A stretch of DNA of 64,000 bases from Gemmatimonadaceae bacterium (GTDB taxonomy: Bacteria; Gemmatimonadota; Gemmatimonadetes; Gemmatimonadales; Gemmatimonadaceae). The stretch covers positions 224,001 to 288,000 of the forward strand of contig JBHYGA010000004.1 in NCBI GenBank assembly GCA_051859245.1, given 5' to 3'. The notes under the pieces are model-generated. The model was not told the origin of the DNA and did not search any database. It worked only from the letters and a program-made list of their open reading frames with translations. Every line of letters starts with the position of its first letter. Position 1 is the stretch's first letter. Position numbers and translations under genes: made by a program. This document shows positions 29,065-39,609 of this stretch, piece after piece.

Positions 29065-30038
29065 GCGAAGAACACAACGGTCATGGCGTTCTCATTTGCC
29101 ACGTGACCGTTCATCGCGGTGAGCAAGCGTTCCCCAAGCACTCGCTCCGATGTTGCCTTCGCAATCGAAGGCGACATCGTGAGCGTGGGAACCGCGCTGG
29201 CGGTGTGCGTAACAACCCGCAGCACACCGCCCGGCTCAAGTGCTCGCGCTGCCTCCGTCCCGATCATCGCAAGCGCTTCGGCGAGACGAGCTCGGTCTGC
29301 AAGTATTCGCGGTAGGGTGGGATCGAGGTCTACCTCGAGTCGAGCCGAGTGCCGTTCTGCCACTGCACCAATCATGGGCAGCACACTGCGTATCACGTCG
29401 TTCAACGACAGTCGCTCCATATGCAATGACAATGTCGTCCGCTCAATGTCGGCAAGCAGCGCGAGTCGACGCAACGCACCGTCCATTTCGTTCGCGGACG
29501 CGCGTGCCGCATCCAACAGTTCTTCCTGATTCTCATTCAGCTCGCCGAAAGGCGCGTCGACGAGGATATGGAGAGGCAGCCGCACCTCTTCCAGACGCTG
29601 CATCGCAGACTGAACAGACGCGGCGTACATGTCAGCCATTTCTCGTGTGCGGCGTTCGCTGGCGTCGCGCTCGCTCTTGAGTGCGGCCTCCGCGGCGTTG
29701 TTTGCTGCACGCAACCGGGACAGTTCATGTGCGATGCGGCCCAGATCGTCATCGCCAGACTCTTGAGGGAACGGCGGGTACAGCGACTCGTCGGTGTTGC
29801 CAGCGAGCCGACGTATGCGCAGTGAAAGGTGCCGCGTGTTGAGCCAGGTGAGCACAAGCGACAAGATCGCGAGTAGCGCCGCGCCACCCACAACGTAGCC
29901 CGGCGCCTGCCTCCCGAACTCCCCGTAGTACGACAACACCAGCACCAAGGCCACGGCGAGCAGCGCTGGTGCAACGCCGAGTAACAGACGCTGACCGACC
30001 GTGATGGCGAATACGCGCGACACACGACGAATAATCAT
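29061..30038 (-). CDS. Degenerate histidine-kinase-like membrane protein (no H-box His, eroded ATP-binding boxes)
   Basis: Two TM helices, HAMP-like segment, LHIL...GELNENQEELL, LPRILADRARL; no HELRTP and no DxGxG. Confidence 0.75.
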   Translation of the reverse strand: MIIRRVSRVFAITVGQRLLLGVAPALLAVALVLVLSYYGEFGRQAPGYVVGGAALLAILSLVLTWLNTRHLSLRIRRLAGNTDESLYPPFPQESGDDDLGRIAHELSRLRAANNAAEAALKSERDASERRTREMADMYAASVQSAMQRLEEVRLPLHILVDAPFGELNENQEELLDAARASANEMDGALRRLALLADIERTTLSLHMERLSLNDVIRSVLPMIGAVAERHSARLEVDLDPTLPRILADRARLAEALAMIGTEAARALEPGGVLRVVTHTASAVPTLTMSPSIAKATSERVLGERLLTAMNGHVANENAMTVVFFA

Positions 30039-31213
30039 GTCTCAGCCGCTCGATCGCGCCCCGAGACCACGAGCACATCGAGGCCGGCGCGCATCTCCAA
30101 CAACCGCTCCACCACCGAGCCGCGTCGGAACCGATACCATCGCGATCGACGCGTCTGACCAATTACCGCCAGCGTCACCGCGCGCTCCGCGGCAAACTGC
30201 GCCAACGCCGCCGGCACGTCATCACTGGCGAGCTTCACAACCTCAGCGCCAAGCGACTGCGCAAGCTGAATATTGTCAACCAGTTTGCGCTGAATGGCCG
30301 AGTCGATGCGCGTCGCGCTCTCGGCCGATGTCTGCACGTACACACAGTACCAATCGGAGTTGAGTCGTCCTGCGATGCGACTCGCTTTGCGCAACAGCAC
30401 ACGAGAAAGCGGCGGATCACTCGACAGACACACCATGAGTCGGTCAACCGTGCGCGGCGTCGCATCCTCACGGCGACCGCTGCTCTCCCGTGATCGATCC
30501 ACGGAGCTGGCGACCTCACGGAGCGCCAGTTCGCGCAGGGCACTCAGGTTCTCATCGGTGAAAAAGTTGCTCAGCGCCGATTCGATCTTTTCTGGTCGAT
30601 AGATCTTGCCGTCGCGCAAGCGCTGGCGGAGATCCTCAGCGGAGAGATCCACGTTCACAACTTGATCCGCCTGCGCCACGAGCCAGTCTGGCACGGTTTC
30701 CCTGACGGTCACGGCCAGCGCGCGCTCCACGACATCGTTGAGCGACTCCAAGTGCTGCACATTCATCGCGGAGATCACGTTGATCCCGTCGTTGAGCAGC
30801 TCAAGCACGTCTTCCCAGCGTTTGGCGTGAGAACCGCCCGGTACGTTGCTGTGTGCCAACTCATCGACAATCGCCACCTGTGGTCGACGGGCAACAATCG
30901 CCGCTGTGTCCATATCCTCGAGCACCACACCGCGATACTCCACGCGCCGACGTGGTACGACTTCAAGATCACCAACCTGCGCGACGGTTTCGGTGCGTCC
31001 GTGCGTTTCGACGAATCCCACCACCACATCGATGTTCCGCTGTCGCAACTCATGCGCTTCCTGCAGCATGCGATAGGTTTTGCCCACGCCGGCTGCCGAC
31101 CCGATATACAGCTTGAGTTTTCCGCGCTCGCGCTGCCTCACCAGCGCGAGGAAACGAGAGCTTTCCTCGGCTGGTGACACTGGGCTGTCTGAGCGCGGGT
31201 CGGAGATGCTCAC
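30035..31213 (-). CDS. kdpD: Stand-alone KdpD N-terminal sensor domain plus USP domain (no TM or kinase part)
   Basis: GKLKLYIGSAAGVGKTY, VETHGR, VDELAHSN, NVQHLESLND, LRELALR, then USP. GTG start at 31213 inferred. Confidence 0.9.
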   Translation of the reverse strand: MSISDPRSDSPVSPAEESSRFLALVRQRERGKLKLYIGSAAGVGKTYRMLQEAHELRQRNIDVVVGFVETHGRTETVAQVGDLEVVPRRRVEYRGVVLEDMDTAAIVARRPQVAIVDELAHSNVPGGSHAKRWEDVLELLNDGINVISAMNVQHLESLNDVVERALAVTVRETVPDWLVAQADQVVNVDLSAEDLRQRLRDGKIYRPEKIESALSNFFTDENLSALRELALREVASSVDRSRESSGRREDATPRTVDRLMVCLSSDPPLSRVLLRKASRIAGRLNSDWYCVYVQTSAESATRIDSAIQRKLVDNIQLAQSLGAEVVKLASDDVPAALAQFAAERAVTLAVIGQTRRSRWYRFRRGSVVERLLEMRAGLDVLVVSGRDRAAET

Positions 31214-31260
31214 GCTGTTGTTGAAACCTGGGCGGCGCGCGCGCGTGATCGCACGGTGTT

Positions 31261-32424
31261 CTAGAACGAAAGCGAAAGCGAGGACACGGCCATCAGACTG
31301 GTTGTGCGCGCCTGCGCGCCGCCACCGTCCGGAAAGAGCGCCCGATCGTTGCGCCAGCCACGAAGCTCCGAACGCCAACCCACACGCGAGAACCGCGACA
31401 CGTCAATGCCGACTGAGCCACCGAGCGCGTTGAATGCGGGATTGCTCGCATCGCCAAACGTTCCGGTCGCAATGATGACCTGATCGCGATCGCGGTACCC
31501 TTCGACACGCGCCACCAGCGCCACTGATGGCGTAGCCTGTACGCGGCCTACCGCCGTCCAGCCGAACCAGGTCGCGCTCGACTCGTTTTCACCGCGCGAT
31601 TGTGTTCCCACATCAATCTGGCCGAGCACGGTGAGCGCACCCGCCACCTGCTTGACACCAACGCCATTAAACGTGCGCAGCCGGTTGCCTGCTTCATTTG
31701 AGAAGAAGTTGTAGTAGCTCAGCGCAATCGACGGTGTTGCAGCGTAGTCCAGCCGTACACCGGCGCCTTTGCCGGAATTGTTCTCCGAAATATTCTGCCA
31801 GCCGTTTACGACGTGCAACTGCGCCGTGAGTTGTGACGTGGGCGTATAGGAGAGTTTCACACCACTCGAGTAATACGGGGAGTACTCCGCGACGAGCGAC
31901 CGTGTATACGTGAGGTTGTCGCGCGAGGCCCACGACTCCATTCCCATGTGCGAGTAGAAGATGCCACCGTCTACCCACAGCTGATCGGCGAGCTTGACGC
32001 CTACAACGGCCTCCTGAATCGTGCGTGCCAGTGAAGGGCCACTAGCGCTGCCCTGCGTGGGCTCTCCCGCATAGTTCGACTGCACGGACGTGCCGGTTTG
32101 CAACGCCAGTCGCCCGCGATAGCTCGGCGCGTCCAGCTTCACTTCAACAAACGCGAGGTTGATGTTGAACTCATTGTGACGGGCAGGTTGCGTGGTGAAC
32201 GGCGTGCCGCCCGCAAAGGAGCGATCAACACTGGGCGGACGGCCTGCGTCCCACGCGAAGTACGTGTCAACGAAAGCACCAACGCTGATGCGTGGCGTGG
32301 AATCGGTGGGTGCGGTCTGTGCGGTCTGTGCGCCGAGTGGCGACGTGGCGGCAACCAGTAGAAGCACGCTGACTGCAGCGCGTGACACGATCGCTGTCAT
32401 CGGCTTCGTAGCGTCTAGATGCAT
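31261..32424 (-). CDS. Outer-membrane beta-barrel porin-like protein in the kdp operon
   Basis: Signal peptide, amphipathic strands, YTRSLVAEYSPYY, VNGWQ, C-terminal Phe. Confidence 0.85.
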   Translation of the reverse strand: MHLDATKPMTAIVSRAAVSVLLLVAATSPLGAQTAQTAPTDSTPRISVGAFVDTYFAWDAGRPPSVDRSFAGGTPFTTQPARHNEFNINLAFVEVKLDAPSYRGRLALQTGTSVQSNYAGEPTQGSASGPSLARTIQEAVVGVKLADQLWVDGGIFYSHMGMESWASRDNLTYTRSLVAEYSPYYSSGVKLSYTPTSQLTAQLHVVNGWQNISENNSGKGAGVRLDYAATPSIALSYYNFFSNEAGNRLRTFNGVGVKQVAGALTVLGQIDVGTQSRGENESSATWFGWTAVGRVQATPSVALVARVEGYRDRDQVIIATGTFGDASNPAFNALGGSVGIDVSRFSRVGWRSELRGWRNDRALFPDGGGAQARTTSLMAVSSLSLSF

Positions 32425-32436
32425 CGAAATTCTCAG

Positions 32437-33045
32437 TTAGAAGTTGGAGTTCCGCGCGCCGCTCAATCGCGGCATGGGGAACGCCGAGTCAATGGCAATG
32501 TTGAGTAACAGGACATTCACGCGCGGCTCGCCGAACACACCGAACTGCCGTCCCTCGGTTCGCGTGTCAACGAGTTCTCGCACACGTGAGGAGTCAGCAC
32601 CGCGAGCACTGGCCACACGCTTCACCTGAAGCTGCGCGTTCGCCGGGGAGATGTGTGGATCAAGCCCAGAGCCGCTGGCGGTCACAAGGTCGGACGGGAT
32701 CGATCCCTTAACGGCGCCTAGTGTTGCCACCGCGCTGTCCACTCGCTCGACCAACACGGTGTCTGCCAGCTTGCGATCGGTTGGCCCCTTGTTGGTACCG
32801 CCGGATGTGCCCGCGTCATAGCTGATCGCCGACGGACGCGAGTGAAAGTATTCGGCCCGCGTAAACGTTTGTCCGATCAGTTCGCTGCCAACAACCTGGC
32901 CATTCACGGTAACGAGTGAGCCGTTGGCCTGCCTTGGGAAGAGCAGTTGCGCAGCACCCGTCACAATACCTGGATAGACCACGCCGGTGAGTACACACAT
33001 CACCGCCGTGAGCGTCAACGCCGAACGAATCGTATTCTTGAACAT
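32437..33045 (-). CDS. kdpC: K+-transporting ATPase subunit C
   Basis: QANGSL, GSELIGQ, YFHSRPS, TASGSGLDPHIS, VNVLLLN. ATG at 33045. Confidence 0.95.
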   Translation of the reverse strand: MFKNTIRSALTLTAVMCVLTGVVYPGIVTGAAQLLFPRQANGSLVTVNGQVVGSELIGQTFTRAEYFHSRPSAISYDAGTSGGTNKGPTDRKLADTVLVERVDSAVATLGAVKGSIPSDLVTASGSGLDPHISPANAQLQVKRVASARGADSSRVRELVDTRTEGRQFGVFGEPRVNVLLLNIAIDSAFPMPRLSGARNSNF

Positions 33046-33067
33046 GTTAAGTCTCGTGAAGATGCGC

Positions 33068-35167
33068 TCAAACGAGCCGCAGGGTGACCAGCAACAGATC
33101 GATGAGTTTGATGCCGGCGAATGGCACAATGAGACCGCCAACACCGTACACCAGCAGATTATTTCGCAGCACGGAGGCAGCCGAAGACGGGCGATACGAC
33201 ACGCCGCGCAGGGCCAACGGAATCAGCGCGACGATAATTAGCGCGTTGAAAATGACCGAGGAGAGAATCGCGCTCGATGGCGAGTACAATCGCATGATGT
33301 TGAGCGGTTGCAGCACGCCGGACACGCCGTAGATGCTCACAAAAATGGCCGGGATGATCGCGAAGTACTTTGCCACATCGTTAGCGATCGAGAACGTGGT
33401 GAGCGAACCCCGCGTCATCAGCAGTTGCTTTCCGATCTCAACGATCTCAATCAGTTTGGTTGGATTGGAATCGAGGTCAATCATGTTGCCTGCTTCCTTC
33501 GCGGCTTGCGTGCCCGTGTTCATCGCGACACCAACGTCAGCCTGGGCGAGTGCAGGCGCGTCATTGGTGCCGTCTCCAGTCATGGCCACCAGCCGACCAC
33601 CGGCTTGCTCACGTTTGATGAGCGACATCTTGTCTTCGGGTGTCGCCTCTGCGAGGAAGTCGTCCACACCAGCTTCCTGCGCAATGGCCGCTGCAGTGAG
33701 TGGATTGTCACCGGTAATCATGACCGTGCGAATGCCCATGGCACGTAACCGGTCAAAGCGTTCGCGCATACCGCTCTTCACGATGTCCTTGAGATACACG
33801 ACTCCCAGCGCATGCGTGATGTCACCGTTGCGCTCCGCCACCACGAGCGGAGTGCCGCCAGCGCGGGCTACACGTTCGATCAGTCGTTCGAGATCAGCGG
33901 GCGCCGTGCCGCCGTGCTCACGCACCCAGCGCAACACGGCGTCGCCGGCGCCTTTGCGGACCTGATATCGATCAACGCGATTAACACCACTCATGCGGGT
34001 TGCCGCAGTGAAGGGCACGAACTCGAGATCGTCGCGCGCTGTCGTTGTTGACGAACCCTGGTGCCTGGCCAGCGCCACAATGCTTCGTCCTTCGGGGGTT
34101 TCGTCGGCCAGCGACGACAGCATGGCACAATCGGCCAGCGTTTGTGCATCGATACCGTCAACCGGGAGAAACTCTGCCGCCTGTCGATCGCCGAGTGTGA
34201 TGGTGCCCGTTTTATCGAGCAGCAGTGTATTCACATCGCCCGCGGCTTCAACCGCCCGTCCACTCATGGCAATCACATTCTGCTGAATGAGTCGGTCCAT
34301 GCCGGCAATACCAATCGCCGAAAGCAATCCGCCAATCGTTGTGGGGATCAGGCACACCAGGAGCGCAATCAGCACTGGCGTTGACACCGGCGACTCGGCA
34401 TAGATCGCGAACGGCTGAAGCGTTGCGACGGCGAGAATGAACACGACTGTCAATCCGACCAGCAGATTAGTCAACGCGATTTCGTTCGGCGTTTTCTGTC
34501 GCGCAGCGCCTTCCACCAGCGCGATCATGCGATCAATGAACGTCTCGCCAGGATTGGCGGTGATTCGAATGACCAGATAGTCGGACAGCACGCGCGTGCC
34601 ACCGGTCACCGCCGAACGATCGCCACCACTTTCGCGAATCACCGGTGCGCTCTCGCCCGTAATCGCACTCTCGTCGACGGACGCAACACCCTCGATGACC
34701 TCGCCGTCGCCCGGAATCACATCGCCAGGCAAACAGAGCACTTCATCATCGCGACGCAGCGCCGAGGCCGGTGTCTGAATAACCGGCGCGCGCTCGGTAT
34801 TCCCATTCAACGGGCCGCTAATCGCCAGCTTGCGCGCGTTTGTTTGCGTGCGGCTCTTGCGAAGCGTATCAGCCTGCGCCTTTCCACGCCCCTCCGCCAT
34901 CGCTTCAGCGAAGTTCGCGAAAAGCACCGTGAACCACAGCCAGATCGTGAGCTGCACAAGGAAGCTGATGTCGGGTGCACCGGTGGCGAGCGCATGGATC
35001 AGCGCGCCGGTGGTATATACGGAACCAAGCAACACCACGAACATGACCGGATTCTTGATCATCACACGCGGATCAAGTTTGCGGACTGCGTCGATCAAGG
35101 CGCGCCGAACGAGTGCGCCGGCAAACAGCGGACGTGGGGCCGCGTCCTTACTCGTTTGTGTATTCAT
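33068..35167 (-). CDS. kdpB: K+-transporting ATPase subunit B
   Basis: [26 protein letters not shown]. Confidence 0.97.
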   Translation of the reverse strand: MNTQTSKDAAPRPLFAGALVRRALIDAVRKLDPRVMIKNPVMFVVLLGSVYTTGALIHALATGAPDISFLVQLTIWLWFTVLFANFAEAMAEGRGKAQADTLRKSRTQTNARKLAISGPLNGNTERAPVIQTPASALRRDDEVLCLPGDVIPGDGEVIEGVASVDESAITGESAPVIRESGGDRSAVTGGTRVLSDYLVIRITANPGETFIDRMIALVEGAARQKTPNEIALTNLLVGLTVVFILAVATLQPFAIYAESPVSTPVLIALLVCLIPTTIGGLLSAIGIAGMDRLIQQNVIAMSGRAVEAAGDVNTLLLDKTGTITLGDRQAAEFLPVDGIDAQTLADCAMLSSLADETPEGRSIVALARHQGSSTTTARDDLEFVPFTAATRMSGVNRVDRYQVRKGAGDAVLRWVREHGGTAPADLERLIERVARAGGTPLVVAERNGDITHALGVVYLKDIVKSGMRERFDRLRAMGIRTVMITGDNPLTAAAIAQEAGVDDFLAEATPEDKMSLIKREQAGGRLVAMTGDGTNDAPALAQADVGVAMNTGTQAAKEAGNMIDLDSNPTKLIEIVEIGKQLLMTRGSLTTFSIANDVAKYFAIIPAIFVSIYGVSGVLQPLNIMRLYSPSSAILSSVIFNALIIVALIPLALRGVSYRPSSAASVLRNNLLVYGVGGLIVPFAGIKLIDLLLVTLRLV

Positions 35168-36888
35168 GACAGCACCCCCGCTCCCATCAAAAAGAACTCG
35201 GCAATCGGTGCGAGCGCGAGCACCGGGAAGAACGTCAGCGCACCCACCACGAGCACCACGCCCAGCAGCAGCGAACTGAAGAGCACCCCCGAGACAGGAA
35301 ACGTGCCGAGTGACGCGGGAACGACACGCTTCTCCGCAAGAAATCCGGCGAGCGCGATCACGGGCACAATGAGTGCAAACCGGCCGATCAACGTAGCCAT
35401 GCCCAGCTGCGTGTTGTACCAGTACGAGCCACCCGTCAGTCCGGCGAACGCGGAGCCGTTGTTTGCCGTCGCTGACGAGAACGCGTAGAGGATCTCAGAG
35501 AGGCCATGCGGACCGGCATTGTTGAGTCCGGCCAAGCCCTGCGGCGCAATGCTGCTGATTGCCGAAAAGATCAGAGTCGATGCCGCCGCAGCGAGCACGT
35601 ACAGCATGGTCATTTGCACTTCGCGCGCCTGAATTTTTTTGCCCAGATATTCCGGCGTACGGCCAACCATGAGACCGGCGATAAACACGGTGAGCACCAC
35701 CATGATCAGCATGCCGTAGAGGCCGGCGCCCACTCCACCAAAGACCACTTCACCAAGTTGCATGTTCACAATCGGCACCAGTCCGCCGATCGGCGTGAAC
35801 GAATCGTGCATGGCATTCACTGCGCCGCACGATGCCGCCGTGGTCACCACGCTGTAGAGCGAGGAGTTGGTGATGCCAAAACGCACTTCCTTGCCTTCCA
35901 TGTTGCCGCCCGGACTGACGGCGGTTGTCACCACATCAACACCGCGTGCCGCATGAATCGGATTGCCGCGTGATTCCGCCCAATACGTGGTCGCAACACC
36001 GGCAATAAACAGCGCAAACATGGTTGCCCAGACACTCCACGCGTGGCGCAAATGTCCGGTGGTGTAACCGAGGAAGTACACCAGCGCCGACGGAATCATG
36101 AAGATCGTGATGAGCGACCAGAGATTCGACCACGGCGTCGGATTCTCAAACGGATGCGCCGCATTGGCATTGAAGAAGCCGCCACCGTTTGTACCAAGCT
36201 GTTTGATGGCTTCCTGACTGCCCACGGGCCCCATGGCGATGATCTGTTTCGCGCCCTCAAGCGTGGTGACCTCGAGGTACGACGAAAAGTTCTGGATCAC
36301 ACCCTGCTGCACCAGAATGAGCGACACCACAAGCGACATCGGCAGCAGTACGTACAGCACACCGCGTGTGAGATCCACCCAGAAGTTGCCGAGTCGTCCA
36401 CGAGCGACCTCGCCGCGTCGTGCAAAGCCGCGCACCAGGGCAACGGCCACCGCGAGCCCCGCTGCCGCAGACACGAAGTTGTGAAACGCGAGCTGCGTCA
36501 TCTGCGAGAAGTACGACATCGTCGTCTCGCCGCCGTAGCTCTGCCAGTTCGTATTGGTAGTGAATGACGCGGCCGTCTCGAACGCTTGTCGATCCGGCAA
36601 TGGGGCGAGTCCCTGCGGATTCAGCGGTAGCAGGTGCTGCAAGCGAAGCACCGCGTAGGTCATCAGCATCGACGCGCCACTGAACAGCAGCAGGCTGGCC
36701 AGATAGCGCGTCCAGTGCTGGTCATCGTCTCGCTTCACACCACTGATCGCGTAGATCGGACGCTCAAGAAATCCAAGCCACGACGCCGAACCGTCGAACA
36801 CGCGAACGAGATACAACCCAAGCGGTTTGGCAACCGCCAGAGTACTCAGACTAAAGATTGCGATTTGCACCCAGCCGTTGGCGGTCAT
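35164..36888 (-). CDS. kdpA: K+-transporting ATPase subunit A
   Basis: [31 protein letters not shown] at 36888. Confidence 0.96.
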   Translation of the reverse strand: MTANGWVQIAIFSLSTLAVAKPLGLYLVRVFDGSASWLGFLERPIYAISGVKRDDDQHWTRYLASLLLFSGASMLMTYAVLRLQHLLPLNPQGLAPLPDRQAFETAASFTTNTNWQSYGGETTMSYFSQMTQLAFHNFVSAAAGLAVAVALVRGFARRGEVARGRLGNFWVDLTRGVLYVLLPMSLVVSLILVQQGVIQNFSSYLEVTTLEGAKQIIAMGPVGSQEAIKQLGTNGGGFFNANAAHPFENPTPWSNLWSLITIFMIPSALVYFLGYTTGHLRHAWSVWATMFALFIAGVATTYWAESRGNPIHAARGVDVVTTAVSPGGNMEGKEVRFGITNSSLYSVVTTAASCGAVNAMHDSFTPIGGLVPIVNMQLGEVVFGGVGAGLYGMLIMVVLTVFIAGLMVGRTPEYLGKKIQAREVQMTMLYVLAAAASTLIFSAISSIAPQGLAGLNNAGPHGLSEILYAFSSATANNGSAFAGLTGGSYWYNTQLGMATLIGRFALIVPVIALAGFLAEKRVVPASLGTFPVSGVLFSSLLLGVVLVVGALTFFPVLALAPIAEFFLMGAGVLS

Positions 36889-37013
36889 TGCGCCGAATCC
36901 TCGGCGGCGACGTCGCCGGGTTGGCGTTCGCCAAGCGCTTCGCAGAGGCGTACGTACCCCAGCATCAGCGCAAAAAACAGCAGGGTGCCCACGATGTAGG
37001 CGAAATCGAGCAC
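36885..37013 (-). CDS. 42-aa single-TM peptide translationally coupled to kdpA (absent from the ORF track)
   Basis: GAGGA RBS, GTG start, [42 protein letters not shown]; its TGA overlaps the kdpA ATG. Confidence 0.75.
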   Translation of the reverse strand: MLDFAYIVGTLLFFALMLGYVRLCEALGERQPGDVAAEDSAQ

Positions 37014-37104
37014 GACAGATTCCTCGGTAGAGAATGCGAAAACGGCGTTGCACGAGGATCATGTCGATCCAGTCGTGAACGCCGCGCAAAAACCACCAGA
37101 GTCC

Positions 37105-37122
37105 GCGTAAAGACAACACAAA
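37105..37122 (-). promoter_or_regulatory. Putative KdpE-binding direct repeat upstream of the kdp operon
   Basis: TTTGTG-ttgtc-TTTACG with an 11-bp period, as expected for OmpR-family boxes. Confidence 0.55.
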
Positions 37123-37133
37123 AATTTCCTGCG

Positions 37134-38747
37134 CTACTCCAGCTGCGGCATGGACACCGCAGGCAGCGTCAGGGTGAATAGTGAACCACCCGCAGCGCGC
37201 GCACGATACGTCACTCGGCCGCCCTGCGATTCCGCCAGACCACGCGCAATGGACAACCCGAGGCCTGTCCCGCGCACATCGGCGGCGGCTTGTGCCGGTC
37301 GGTAGAACGGCTCAAAAATTCGTTCGACCTCCGAGGCCGCGACACCGGGTCCTTCGTCGGCCACCGTGATGCACAACAGATCGTTTTCACGGGCGGCCGA
37401 TATCTCGATCGTGCTGCCGACGGGCGAATACTTGCCGGCATTCTCCAGCAAGTTCACGAGAATGCGCAGCGTCTGTGAAAAGTCGAATCGTCCGGCCAGC
37501 ACATCATCGGTCACGGAAACAACAACCGTGTGCCCTGCCAGTGTAATGCGCGTTTGCTGCATGGCCGCGCCAATCAGCTCATCCGCGGTATTGACTTGCA
37601 CAACCGGGCGCACCGCGCCTGCCTGAATACGCGACAAGTCGAGCAGATCAGCCACCATGTGATCAAGCCGGTCGGCCTCCTGCTCAATACTCAGGCCGCG
37701 CGACGTACTGAGTTCGCCCTCCGCGATTTCGTGCGCCAGCCCTTTGATGGTGGTGAGAGGTGTCCGCAAATCGTGTGACACCGCCGTCAACAGCGCACTG
37801 CGCAGTACTTCGGCCTGGCGTTCTGCCTCGGCCCGCTCCACGGTGGCCACCAAGCGCACTCGTTCCACGCCAAGCGCGGCGTAGTATGAGAGCGCGTCGA
37901 GTAGTCGCGCTCGATCCGAGGTCAACCAGAGACCGTGTACTGCCGACACGCGAAGCACCCCCACTGACTGCGTGCGGACCCGTAGCGTGCGGTACAGGAC
38001 ACGCACCTGCACCGGCTCACGCAGTTCCGGGTCGAGCCGCGTCGTGCCGTCCATCAACTCCACCGCTGTTTCTGCACGTCCCGCCAGCCACGGCAGAAAC
38101 GTGAGCTGTGACGTTGCGTCCGCCACGTCGTGCGTTGGCGGTGCGTCGTCGTGAGGTTCGCTGTTTTGTGCTTCAATGTGCTCGGCGTCTCGCGCGACGT
38201 TTCCCTCGCTGTTGCGCCGCAGCTTTGCAGACACAGCTGCCGCCGGCTGCAACGCGCCACCGGCATCCAGTTTGAACAACGCGCAGCTGTCGGCGCCGAG
38301 TGCATCGCGAATGACCAGTGCCATGGCGTGCAGAGCCGCGCTCGCGTCGGGTGCGCTCAGCGCCTCGGCACCAAGCGTTGCCAGCCGATCAACTTCGTCA
38401 GCTCGACGATTGGCGAGTTCTGTGGTGCGATTCGCGCGGTGGAGTAACTGAGCCGCGACCGCACTCGTGACGAGAAACGCCACAAGCACTAACCAGTCAA
38501 GCGGGTCCGAGATGATCAGTGTGAAATGCGGTGGCAGAAAGAGAAAGTTGAATCCGAGGAATGCCAGCGCCGCGATGCTGAGCCCGAGTATGCGTCCGCC
38601 CGCCGCGCTCGCGCCAAGCACAACGAGCAGATAGGCGAGTGTGATGTGGGTTTTGTCGAGCTGATCGCGTCCAACCCACAGCAGCGCCGTAACGGCCAGC
38701 AGTGCAGCGCCGGCCAGTATTGCTGCGCGCACGTTCGCGCGTGTCAT
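37134..38747 (-). CDS. kdpD: KdpD-like sensor histidine kinase lacking the N-terminal KdpD/USP domains (DUF4118-GAF-HisKA-HATPase)
   Basis: Four TMs with FNFLFLPP, SHDLRTPL, NLLENAGKYS, DEGPG, GTGLGL. Confidence 0.9.
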   Translation of the reverse strand: MTRANVRAAILAGAALLAVTALLWVGRDQLDKTHITLAYLLVVLGASAAGGRILGLSIAALAFLGFNFLFLPPHFTLIISDPLDWLVLVAFLVTSAVAAQLLHRANRTTELANRRADEVDRLATLGAEALSAPDASAALHAMALVIRDALGADSCALFKLDAGGALQPAAAVSAKLRRNSEGNVARDAEHIEAQNSEPHDDAPPTHDVADATSQLTFLPWLAGRAETAVELMDGTTRLDPELREPVQVRVLYRTLRVRTQSVGVLRVSAVHGLWLTSDRARLLDALSYYAALGVERVRLVATVERAEAERQAEVLRSALLTAVSHDLRTPLTTIKGLAHEIAEGELSTSRGLSIEQEADRLDHMVADLLDLSRIQAGAVRPVVQVNTADELIGAAMQQTRITLAGHTVVVSVTDDVLAGRFDFSQTLRILVNLLENAGKYSPVGSTIEISAARENDLLCITVADEGPGVAASEVERIFEPFYRPAQAAADVRGTGLGLSIARGLAESQGGRVTYRARAAGGSLFTLTLPAVSMPQLE

Positions 38748-39505
38748 GTGGGCAACACGCCGTCGGGTTCGAACCGGTATCCCACACCTGCTTCCGTCTG
38801 CAGGAATCTCGGCCGCACCGGATCCGCTTCAATCTTGCGTCGCAGATGGCCCACGTACACGCGCAGATACTGCTGCGCATCGCCCTCGGCGTTGCCCCAT
38901 ACTTTGGTGAAGAGTTGTCGGTGCGTCAGCGTTTGACGTGGATGCGAGACGAGCGTACGTAGCAGCGCGAACTCCGTGGGCGTCAGATGCAAGAGCGTGT
39001 GAGCCCGTTCGACGCGACGCAACTGCAAATCGACAACAATGTCACCGAACGCAACGCGCGCTGACGCGTCATCGATTTGTGCCGGCGCCATGCGGGCGCG
39101 CCGAAGCTGGGCGCGTACACGCGCGAGTAGCTCCACGGTGGCAAATGGCTTGGTCATGTAGTCGTCGGCGCCAGCATCGAGCAGCGCAACCTTTTCGAGA
39201 TCCTGGTGCCTCGCGGAAAGGACGAGAATCGGAACCGTGCTCCATTTGCGGATCTCAACGCACACGTCCAACCCGTTGCCGTCTGGCAACCCCAGGTCGA
39301 GCACAATCAGCGAAGGCATTGCTGACGCGGCAATATCGATGCCCTCACGCGCCGTGGCCGCTTCGACGACTCGCACCGTTGCGCTCTCGTTGCCAAACAG
39401 CGCCGACGACGTCAGGGCATGACTGATGAGCCGGCGAATTTGCGGTTCGTCGTCTACGACCAGCACCGTCAGGGTACCATTGCCGGAGGCGTGTTCCACG
39501 GGCAC
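38744..39505 (-). CDS. kdpE: OmpR-family response regulator KdpE
   Basis: VVDDEPQI, LDLGLPD, GADDYMTKPF, YLRVYVGHLRRKIE; adjacent to the kdp genes. Confidence 0.93.
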   Translation of the reverse strand: MPVEHASGNGTLTVLVVDDEPQIRRLISHALTSSALFGNESATVRVVEAATAREGIDIAASAMPSLIVLDLGLPDGNGLDVCVEIRKWSTVPILVLSARHQDLEKVALLDAGADDYMTKPFATVELLARVRAQLRRARMAPAQIDDASARVAFGDIVVDLQLRRVERAHTLLHLTPTEFALLRTLVSHPRQTLTHRQLFTKVWGNAEGDAQQYLRVYVGHLRRKIEADPVRPRFLQTEAGVGYRFEPDGVLPT

Positions 39506-39545
39506 ACTGAAGGCTACGGCGTTTACGCTAGCGGCGCCAAGTCAC

Positions 39546-39563
39546 TTTGTGAGATCTTTATGC
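39546..39563 (+). promoter_or_regulatory. Second copy of the putative KdpE box in the kdpE/peptidase divergent region
   Basis: TTTGTGagaTCTTTAtGC, 14/18 identical to the box at 37105-37122. Confidence 0.45.
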
Positions 39564-39609
39564 GTTGACGCAGACCGCCCCGAACGTTCCTCTCGCCGTA
39601 CCCCCGCCC

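Noticed and set aside
36889..37119. N-terminal extension of kdpA given by the ORF track, and similar extensions on kdpC, KdpD-N, creatininase, the kinases and the CoA-transferase
   Set aside because: Family similarity starts at later ATG/GTG codons with better RBS or overlap logic; the extensions cover promoters or neighbouring genes.
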